A stretch of DNA of 64,000 bases. Source: Ostrea edulis. Lineage: Eukaryota. Below the pieces are notes generated by a model that worked only from the letters and a program-made list of their open reading frames with translations, was not told where the DNA came from and did not search any database. Every line of letters begins with the position of its first letter. Position 1 is the first letter of the stretch. The DNA lies in contig NC_079172.1 in the NCBI RefSeq assembly GCF_947568905.1, positions 62,868,001 through 62,932,000 on the forward strand. The letters are read 5' to 3'. This document shows, one piece after another, positions 49,201-59,147 of the stretch. Made by a program: the position numbers and the translations under genes.

Positions 49201-52200
49201 TTTCACAATAAAGAAATCTGAGATTTTGTGTACGTTTGATTGAGAACCTGGACATCATATCACACTGCCATTGAAGTCTTAAAACCTGCCTGAGGATGAA
49301 GATGAATACTGTAGTCTGAGGGTGAAGATGTGAGGGTGAAGATGTGAGGGTGAAGATGTGAGGGAGAAGATGTGAGGGTGAAGATGTGAGGGTGAAGATG
49401 TGAGGGTGAAGATGTGGGGGTGAAGATGAATACTAATCATGTGACTAAGGGTGGAGATGAATATTGATTACACTGAGGGTGAAGATGAATACTAATTACG
49501 TGCCCGAGGGTGAAGATGAATACTAATTACGTGCCTGAGGGTGAAGATGAATACTGATTACATGTCTGAGGGTGAAGATGAATACTGATTACATGTCTGA
49601 GGGTGAAGATGAATATTGCTTACATGTTTGAGGGTGGAGATGAATACTGATTACATGTCTGAGGGTGAAAATGAATATTGATTACATGTCTGAGGGTGGA
49701 GATGAATACTGATTACATGTCTGAGGGTGAAGATGAATACTAATTACATGTCTGAGGGTGAAGATGAATACAGTTTACGTACCTGAGAGTAGAAATGGCC
49801 CTGATGTGCTGCACTTTAATTTCCTGTGACACTGGTCTCTGGACTAAGATCGGAATTTCCTGTCGCAGTCTGGGAGTTATTCTCTGGTTGTACAGGTAGT
49901 CAATCACATCATAGAAAATGGTTCGTCTGGACAGAACTGCAAAGAAATTCAGTCATAATATCATAACTTGTAAAAGGTGAAGGTGTTTCTCCAAATGCAA
50001 TAACTATCACGATATCTTTATGTACTGTATGTTTATGATTCCTGCAGAAATAAAGGAACAGTGTTAAAACAAAAGTGAAGCGTTCATAAAACTGAATTTA
50101 CCATCCAGTGTCAGCTTCCTCCAGTAGTTTTCTTTGCCACCCTGTGATGCTGGAGCCTCATCCACATTGGCCAGGTACTGAAACATGGTAGTATACTGTT
50201 AGTTTTAGACACATGGTGAGAGTTTGTCTACATTGGACGATACTAAAACATGATACTTCGGATTGTAGATCACATATCGATACGGGGTCTACATGAGTTC
50301 ATCTGTGAATCCAGTAAAGGGCTGTACTCTGGATACACCTCCTTTACACAGTTTACATTAACACAGTCTTCAGGAGGACCCGCCTCCCCGATTATACCAA
50401 GGGAGATCCGAGGGTCGATTGACCACAAATGAAGAATTCATGTATTTCCTTATTGTATGTTCTCCTCATCCTATATACACCAGCTTGTATCTCAACATCC
50501 AATACAATTTCAAATCTATACACACCTGCATGTAATCCTTTAGGGTCGTAACGTCGATTTCGTCCGTGATTTTATACTGCTGGTTGTACATGGCATCTTG
50601 CAGCATTTGATCATAGAACTTCCTGTTTCCCATATTCCTTAAAGAATCTTCTGAGGCCTGTAAATGTAGACACTTACTGAAATACACTGAATCATACTGA
50701 ACTACTGAAAACCATATACAATATACTAAATTACTGAAAACCATATACAATATACTGAATACCATATACAATATACTGAATACCGTATGCAATATACTGA
50801 ATACCATATACAATACACTAAATTACTGAAAACCATATAATTACAATATACTGAATTATTGAATACCATATACAATACACTAAATTACTGAAAACCATAT
50901 AATTACAATATACTGAATTATTGAATACCATATACAATATACTGAATAAGTTATTTAAAGTATCAGAATAACTAATTACCATTCTGCCAGATTTTATATG
51001 CTAGCATTTGTTTTAGTGTTTTTATTTTGGTTTTTCTCTATTGGAGGAGTAGGAGGGAGCTAATGAAGATTAATTTACCGGGGTGAAGGAGCAGACGAGG
51101 GCTAATGAAGATTAATTTACCAGAGTGAAGTAGCAGGAGAGGTGGCTAATGAAGATTGATTAACCAGAGTGAAGGAGTAGGAGAAAGTTAATGAAGATTA
51201 ATTTACCAGGGTGAAGGAGAAGGAGAGGTGGCTAATGAAGATTGCTTAACCAGAATGAAGGAGTAGGAGGAAGTTAATGAAGATTAATTTACCAGGGTGA
51301 AGGAGCAGGAGGAAGCTAATGAAGATTAATTTACCAGGGTGAAGGAGCAGGAGGAAGTCAATGAAGAGTAATTTAACAGGGTGAAGGAGTAGGAGGAAAT
51401 TAATGCAGATTAATTTACCAGGGTGAAGGAGCAGGAGGAAGTTAATGAAGATTAATTTACCAGAGTGAAGGATTAGGAGGGAGGTAATGAAGATTAATTT
51501 ACCAGAGTGAAGGAGCAGGAGAGGGCTAATGAAGATTAATTTACCAGGGTGAACGAACAGGAGAGGGCTAATGAAGATTAATTTACCAGGGTGAAGTAGT
51601 AAGAGAGGGCTAATGAAGATTAATTTACCAGAGTGAAGGATTAGGAGGGAGGTAATGAAGATTAATTTACCAGGGCGAAGGAGCAGGAGAGGGCTAATGA
51701 AGATTAATTTAGCAGGGTGAAGGAGCAGGAGAGAGCTAATGAAGATTAATTTACCAGGGTGAAGTAGTAAGAGAGGGCTAATGAAGATTGATTTACCAGA
51801 GTGTAGGAGTAGGAGGAAGTTAATGAAGATTAATTTACCAGGATGAAGTAGTAAGAGAGGGCTAATGAAGATTAATTTACCAGGGTGAAGTAGTAAGAGA
51901 GGACTAATGAAGATTAATTTACCAGAGTGAAGGAGCAGGAGAGGGCTAATGAAGATTAATTTACCAGGATGAAGTAGTAAGAGAGGGCTAATGAAGATTA
52001 ATTTACCAGGGTGAAGGAGCAGGAGAGGGCTAATGAAGATTAGTTTACCAGGGTGAAGGATTAGGGGGAGCTTATGACAATGTAGTTCAATATAAGTGAG
52101 TTCAGTATAAGCGGAGTATACTGTATACAGATTGTGTTGGGACTTTTGTTGCCTACCTCAGTGGCTGGTTTTATCACACGTCTCCCGCTCAGATACTTCA

Positions 52201-54856
52201 CACCTTTCCCCTCTGTGTGAATAAAAATCTTGAAGAAAATCATAGGAGGGAATTCCTGACCACCGAACCTATTTAGAAAAAACAGAACCTATTGTTAGTT
52301 TTACACCTCAGCTCCAACTACTGAAAGTTCCACCAGTACAATTACATGTATCTGATGTAAATAAGCACTGTGTTCCTTCATTATATTCTAATCAATAATG
52401 GATCACAGAATGAACACCTGGATCAAAATTATTCTCAGTAGAAAGCATCAAAAAACTATTCATAAATAATTCATTATCATCAGGCTATCAGTTTTATCAT
52501 ACAAACAATTTCTTTTTCCTAAGTACCATAGAATCACTTAAATTTTTGTGGTGATCAGTTTTCGTGAATTGTCAACATTAACATCTGTACATTGAAACAA
52601 CATCTGAATAAGATGAATTGCATATTTCATTGTGGTATAAATTCATGGGAAATGGGTACCTACGAAATCCACATACTTTGAGCCCCTACAAAATGGAGGA
52701 ATCTGACAGTGAATGTTACCTGAACCGAACTCGGACTGGAGGAATCTGAGAGTGAATGTTACCCAATCTAATTAAAATTAGATGTTGGATCCACTCGCAT
52801 ACTCGCTACACACACATCTAAAAACATCCCATAGAGGGTCACGTCAGAGGTCAAATTCGGTATCACTCTAGACTTATCGGCTTCAACAAACATTCAATGA
52901 TTTTGCCAGCGGTGATTTTATTGGTCAATCGAATTTGACCTCTGACGTGACCCTCTACGGAATGTTGTTAGATGTTTGTGTAGCGAGTATGCAAGCGGAT
53001 CTAACATCTAATTTCAATTAGATTGAATGTTACCTGAACTGGACTCGGACTGGAAGAATCTGACAGTGAATGTTACCTGAACCGGACTCATACTGGAGGA
53101 ATCTGACAGTGAATGTTACCTGAACCGGACTCTGACTTGGTTAACTTTGTCATTGAGGAGCTCGGCTTCTTTTGGACAAACTTTCCTCAAGATTTCTTTC
53201 GACAGAGAATTTTCCTAACAGAAAAAAACATTTCATCAAACAGGTTTTCTGATTTCAGAGCCACAGTGTACGTTAATTTACTGTATGTACAACATATCTC
53301 CATCTCATCCACACATTAGGGGACTCCACCTTGTTTTGTGATTTCCTCATAATTTACAAGTAATCGCCCCTACAAGAAATGTGGTTTTCTTGAGAAAAAC
53401 TGAACATAATCCACACTGAGATTATCAAATAAAACACATTGCCAGAGTAACGCCATGCTGTATAATCAACCATCACTGACATATTCAGATTTCCAGTGCA
53501 TAAGATAAAATTAACATATTCGGATGTGCAGTGTATAAGTTGAATATTGACATATCTGGACTTGTGGTGTATAAGACAGATATTGACATATTCAGACTTG
53601 TGGTGTATAAGACAGATATTGACATATCTGGACTTGTGGTGTATATAAGACAGATATTGACATATCTGGACTTGTGGTGTATAAGACAGATATTAACATG
53701 TCTGGACTTGTGGTGTATAAGACAGATATTAACATGTCTGGACTTGTGGTGTACAAAACAGATATAAACATATCTGGACTTGTGGTGTACATAATTAAGA
53801 CAGATAAAACATATCTGGACTTGTGGTGTGTGGTGTATAAGACAGATATTAACATATCTGGACTTGTGGTGTATAAGACAGATATTGACATATTCAGACT
53901 TGTGGTGTATATAAGACAGATATTGACATATCTGGACTTGTGGTGTATAAGACAGATATTGACATATTCAGACTTGTGGTGTATAAGACAGATATTGACA
54001 TATCTGGACTTGTGGTGTATATATGACAGATAAAACATATCTGGACTTGTGGTGTATAAGACAGATATTGACATATCTGGACTTGTGGTGTATATGACAG
54101 ATATTAATTGACATATCTGGACTTGTGGTGTATAAGACAGATATTAATTGACATATCTGGACTTGTGGTGTATAAGACAGATATTATATTATCTGGACTT
54201 GTGGTGTATAAGACAGATATTATATTATCTGGACTTGTGGTGTATAAGACAGATATTATATTATCTGGACTTGTGATGTGTAAGACAGATATTATATTAT
54301 CTGGACTTGTGATGTATAAGACAGATATTGACATACTTACAGCTGCACACACTGCATGCTTCAGTAAACGAAACATCTGCTTATCTCTGAATGCAATCCA
54401 CTGTCTCTCAATGATAGAAGCCGCAGCTTGCCTGATCAATCTAAAATAAAAATTAGGAGATTAATCATTATAATTACTAATTATAATTCTGTAGAAAACC
54501 ATACATGTAATCATTCTGATTTCATGTCTTGTAACAGTAAGATTTACGTTAATTAGGATTTCTAGTCACTGTATAATATCTTACTCTCTCTCCGATTTCT
54601 GTGGCTGACGAAGACCTTTGTTGGAATTCTGATTTAAATTGGAGCGTGTCCCGGCATGGTAATCCTTGGAACTAACTGGAGTGGTGGTTAAAGCCCTGGT
54701 TCCAAATTCATCGGGTCCCAGGGCGTCGAGTCCTGGACTCTTCGATGGCGTAGCACCTCTTTTACTTGCAGCTGAGGGAATTTTAACATTTATAGACGTC
54801 TTGCTTCCTATACTTTTTGCATCAGGGCTTTTCGTCTCACTTCCTGATTCAGACAT
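46238..54856 (-). CDS. CXorf58: CXorf58-like uncharacterised protein (~430 aa, 437 aa with microexon)
   Basis: Minus-strand exons 54856-54585, 54440-54341, 53214-53120, 52268-52157, 50657-50526, 50177-50102, 49936-49783, 49011-48867, [48745-48725], 46444-46238. GT-AG introns, phases consistent. Motifs AASIIERQW..MFRLLKHAVCAA, RFRFGGQEFPPMIFFKIFIHTEGKGVKYLSG, ITDEIDVTTLKDYMQY, DEAPASQGGKENYWRKL and RRSRQAK match recalled human CXorf58. Confidence 0.82.
46610..47180. repeat. 49-bp AT-rich minisatellite with a terminal inverted copy
   Basis: ATTACATATACTGTAGGTAATTTTTATAGGTATAGCTAGTATTAAATAC. Reverse-complement unit at ~47105-47180. Confidence 0.85.
48113..48236. mobile_element. Small TA-flanked MITE-like inverted repeat
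   Basis: TACAGT..GAAGAGTTGGATCA / TGATCCAACTCTTT..ACTGTA. Confidence 0.5.
48725..48745 (-). CDS. Candidate 21-nt in-frame microexon of CXorf58-like (NASSSNS)
   Basis: TTCTAG acceptor, TCG|GTAAGG donor, phase 0-0. Confidence 0.5.
49310..49790 (-). repeat. 31-bp array seeded at a CXorf58 donor, grading into a 13-bp repeat
   Basis: Native CTCTCAG|GTACGTAA. Copies CCCTCAG|ACATGTAA, and GC-type GCACGTAA in the distal copies. Confidence 0.85.
50690..50950. repeat. AT-rich ~22-bp minisatellite
   Basis: ATACCATATACAATATACTGA core. Confidence 0.85.
51058..52060. repeat. 42-bp minisatellite x~24
   Basis: GCTAATGAAGATTAATTTACCAGGGTGAAGGAGCAGGAGAGG. Confidence 0.95.
52695..53135 (-). repeat. 43-bp array of exon end plus donor (TTCAG|GTAACA) in CXorf58
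   Basis: Donor G at 53119 (native), 53076, 53033, 52762, 52719. Confidence 0.88.
52764..53025. mobile_element. 262-bp MITE with ~95-bp TIRs and a 9-bp TSD (Mutator-like)
   Basis: CAATCTAATT..GAGGTCAAATTCG / CGAATTTGACCTC..AATTAGATTG. TSD AATGTTACC at 52755-63 and 53026-34. Confidence 0.82.
53535..54336. repeat. 36-bp minisatellite x~22 starting at position +5 of a CXorf58 intron
   Basis: GACATATCTGGACTTGTGGTGTATAAGACAGATATT. Explains the spurious ORFs 53531-54449. Confidence 0.95.
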
Positions 54857-55674
54857 CTTTGTAATGTTTGTATGATATTGTTGTCTTGAAACAAACAAAA
54901 AAAAAATAAATCAGAAAATGTAGACACAGAGACAGAATAAAAGTATTCAGAGACAATTTTTTTTGCTATATTATTCTATACAAAATGAATTTCTTGTAAA
55001 CATTGGTAGTTCCATCAACTTTTGTTGTATTAATATAAAATTTCTCCACAGGGTGCAGGTTTGCGTAGAATTTCTTGTAGTTCAGTAATCTGCATGTACA
55101 TCATTTATTCTTGCATTGTATTCTATAGAACGGTATGAGGTGTTTTTTATATTTTTGCAAATCTTACTTTCCATACTTTTTAATGTAATCAAGTAAATGC
55201 AATGTGGGGAAAATTGTTTTGACTTAAAAATTGTATAGTATGAATATACATGTATCTGAATGTTATTAAAATGACCTGGAAAGAAAATTGCAATGATTTA
55301 TTGAAAATATGACATTCTGTATGAAATATTTATAAGATATTTTCAATAACTTAGTATTGAAACTTCCCAGTTGTATGCAATTAGGCTTGAACTTTAGAAA
55401 TGGAGATTTTCTGTGGAATTTATGGTAATAAAAATCTTAAAAACTGTAAAAAATATATTAACAGGGCATCTTATCTATTAATAAAAAAAAAAATGGATTT
55501 TAGAAATTGTGCTGCTATCACATTTCAACAGAAATAAGATGCAATTCAATTGGTGTTAGAAACACTTAACAATAAATCTTTACAGCTTCATTCGTTGTTA
55601 TGGTTAGGGTGAACCATCATACAATTTGAAATGTTTATTATGAAAACATAACCTTTTGTGACAGACAAGCAGTT

Positions 55675-55890
55675 CTCTAATTCTTACTTCCAGAATTAAT
55701 ATGTTGCACTAATGTAAACTATACCTGACATTTCTTACTTCCAGATTTAATATGGTGCACTAATGTAAACTACATGACATTTCTTACTTCCAGATTTAAT
55801 ATGTTATGCACTAATTAATATAAACTGCCTGACAATTCTTACTTCCAGATTTAATATGTTGCACTAATGTAAATTACCTGACATTTCTTT
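55675..55890. repeat. ~52-bp tandem repeat x4
   Basis: GCACTAATGTAAACT..CTGACATTTCTTACTTCCAGATTTAAT. Confidence 0.85.
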
Positions 55891-56272
55891 CCAGTGTTTA
55901 GTAGAACTTTTTTTCCCAATTGCATTTTGGTCTGCAATATTATTTTTGACAGTTGTATTGTATAAGATACTGTCTTTGATCGAACTTCATCAGAATTTTT
56001 TTTGGACACCTCAAAAGTTTTCATCTTTCTTTATTTGAGTATTTACAGTTTGTACAAAAAATAAACTAATTTTTTATCCCTCAGTGATGATGGACAAAGA
56101 ATATTTCAATATTCCTGGATCCACCCCTGAATATGACCTGCTAGCCTCACCCTAAGGTGTTAAGATTTTATATATATCTGTGTACATCCTTATTGGGCAC
56201 AACAGTCACTTGCAATCATAAGAAATTGTTTGGGATGTTTTCAGGTGTTTTATTGCTTAATATATCTAACAA

Positions 56273-57119
56273 AGAACAGGCATCAGATGGAAGTTTATCA
56301 ACCAGCTAGAAGACCTTGATTACGCTGATGATAGTGCCCTCTTATCTAGTAAGCACCAACACATGCAGGAAAAGACCGAAAGACTATGTACACATGCTGA
56401 AAGTATTGGTCTCTGGATCAACACGAACAAGACCAAGGTGTTGAGAATTAACAACAAGGAAACCAATCCTATCACAATCAAGGGAAGAAACGTTGAGGAT
56501 GTGGACACTTTCACATACCTTGGTGCTATTGTCAACAAGACAGGAGGGACAACAGAAGACATCAAGCACAGACTGAGTTTAGCCAGGAATGCATTTGCAA
56601 TGCTTAATCCTCTTTGGAAGTCCACCAAATACAGCAGAGCAGCAAAGATCAGAGTAATTAACAGCAATGTGATGTCTGTGCTACTCTATGGAGCAGAAAT
56701 GTGGAAACTAAATGAAAGTGATATCACCAGATTGGAAACTTTTCAGAGAAAATGTCTACGAAGGGAACTCCGCATCTTCTGGCCCATGAAAGTCAGTAAC
56801 GATGAACTATACTGTAGAACAAGGACATGCCCAGTAGGTGAAGTTGTTAAATGCCGAAGATGGAGATGGATAGGACATACTCTGAGGAAACCACATGACA
56901 ACAACTCCAGAGTAGCCCTGACATGGGTCCCAGAAGGTAAAAGAAAGAGAGGTCGCCCAAAAATAACATGGCGAAGAAGTGCAGAGGGAGAACGCGAACA
57001 ACTAGGATGGCAAACTTGGAGCGAAGCAGTTACAGTAGCAAATGACAGAGTGAGATGGCGGAAGATACTGTCAAGCCTTTAATGGGCCGACCATGGCTCA
57101 AAGAGGATAGGTAGGTAGG
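56273..57119 (+). mobile_element. 5'-truncated RTE-clade non-LTR retrotransposon
   Basis: Open frame 56273-57082 with LEDLDYADD, IGLWINTNKTK, FTYLG, LLYGAEMW, RRWRWIGH and GKRKRGRPK..W. (TAGG)n tail. 12-bp TSD TATATCTAACAA at 56261-72 and 57120-31. Confidence 0.9.
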
Positions 57120-57809
57120 TATATCTAACAATTGTAAAATGAAATATATGACTTAAAATAATTAAATCAAAATAGGTCAGCTTTTCAATTTCAACAGGAA
57201 ATAATAAATTCCATCTTTTAGTCTCAAGTCTTTGACATGATAAAGATTACAAGACATACCAAATTTAAAGGGGCATTAGCTGTAGTCATTTTGTCACCAA
57301 AAATTAAATTCAATGAAAATTGTTAGAACTATATTTTATATTTCAGTAATAACACCAGTAACTGTATTTAGTTATTTCAAATACTTTTTAACCTCAAAAC
57401 AGGCACATGAATGCACAGGGTTTTGACACAATCGATGCAAACTGGTATATACAGTATATTTCTATATATATATACCAGTTTGCTTAGATTGTGTCAAAAC
57501 CCTGTGCATGAAATTCAATGTGTAATTCTGCATGGTGATTAAATAATCATTGTCTTGCAAGACAATAATTCTTCTTTATATATTTCTTTACATTGGAAGC
57601 AGTTATCCAATGTAGTTTTATTGGGTTTCTCTTCTTTTTGTACAGAATAAATGTTTTTCTTAGTCATTAATATATATTCCTATGGCATTGAGAGATTTTG
57701 AAAAAAAAAGGTAAATGAATTCAATTTTATGGAGCACTAAATTAACACATACTCAAATAATTGAAGATATCATCAATTCAATTATTGTGTGTGATATATG
57801 TTGACTTAC

Positions 57810-57836
57810 GATTTGAGCGGGAGTTAGGCCTTTCAT
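57810..57836 (-). other. Candidate 27-nt 5' UTR exon of CXorf58-like beginning with an upstream ATG
   Basis: Long pyrimidine tract + TTCAG acceptor, ATC|GTAAGT donor. The first coding exon opens with an acceptor at 54884, so upstream exon(s) must exist. Confidence 0.55.
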
Positions 57837-58893
57837 CTGAAGAAGAGGTATCAAGGTAAAGGTATGAAACAAAATGATGTAAACAAACGATGAATTTCTG
57901 CAAATGTCTCGTCAAGCTAATATAATTCTACTTATGTCTAAATTTCATCCAAAGCCCTCCTTTAAGGCTGCCTATGGCCGTAAAGGCTTGAGTTGGTAAA
58001 ATAAATGGCAGAATATGACAATTAAAACTGATGGCAATTCAGAATTGTAACCAGGATTTCGATGAAAGACATAAATGGAACTACATTAGCCTGACAAGGT
58101 ATTTGCAGACATTCCTTCAGTAAATTTGTATATACCCTGTGAATTGGTCTCAAAGTGGGTAGCCCCCTGTTTGTTTACATTAATATTTTGTTGCGCACCA
58201 TTACATATATATTAGTAGCGAGCAAAGCTCATGTCGCAATGAGTTTGCTCCAATGATTACACATGAGTCACATGATTTGCTCTTCATCAGCTGAAAAAAG
58301 ATAAGTATTAATCCCCATAATGCTTCTGGAAAAATGTTACCATCATTGCAGTATACATCATTGACAACCCCATTAATAAAATAAATAAAATGTTTAAAAA
58401 GTACAAAACGTTTTTAAATTCCAGACAAGCTTTCTCATAGCTTTGTACGTTTTGTTTTTGTTGATAATTGCTTGGTTTGAAATAGAAAACAAAACAAAAA
58501 AACATAGCAGCGACAGTAATATATATGATATCACAATGCAACTGTTTCCATCCACGGCACTACATTTCTTGCATTAAATGAAGAGGCAGATTAAATGTCT
58601 GCAAGTCATTTTGAAAGACGTTAATCAGGGCTTCGCTTGTCTCAACAGTCACACCATACAACATATTATCTCACTTTATAAACGCTATCCAAACTTCAAG
58701 TGTCTGTGGTATGTACGTAAGTTCGACTCTCTCACAATTCCTTATGTAAAAGTATTACTGATTGACAAAAGGAAAATACTAAATATATCACAAAAAAGGG
58801 GTGGAAAGCGTGTGTGTTATACACAAATGCTATTCTTTATCAATGCCCCAGTTCTATAAAGTTGTACTGAGGAAATTCGGCTTTAATACTTAC

Positions 58894-59147
58894 CACTACA
58901 AAATACGATTCTTTGTGATTTCTTACACCAAATCTAAAATTAAACTTCCACTTCACATCATCATTAGCTACACTGATCAGTTATCAAAATGTTGATCTAT
59001 TAACGTCGTAAATAAGCAAAATTGTACGTCTCTATCACAAACATTTGGAGATAGCTTCCGTAGAAACCCATCCCACAATGCAACAGATTTACGCTGTGCG
59101 CATGCGTAGATGCGGAATTCCATACGGTGAATGTTTTGATGTGAAAA
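58894..59147. promoter_or_regulatory. Putative bidirectional promoter between CXorf58-like and IFT80
   Basis: Minus-strand donor TG|GTAAGT at 58893. X-box-like 59054-67 (2 mismatches), Staf/ZNF143-like TCCCACAATGCA 59071-82, NRF1-like TGCGCATGCGTA 59097-108. Confidence 0.5.

Noticed and set aside
53531-54449. Multiple 78-160 aa ORFs
   Set aside because: Translations of the 36-bp array, apart from the real exon 54440-54341.
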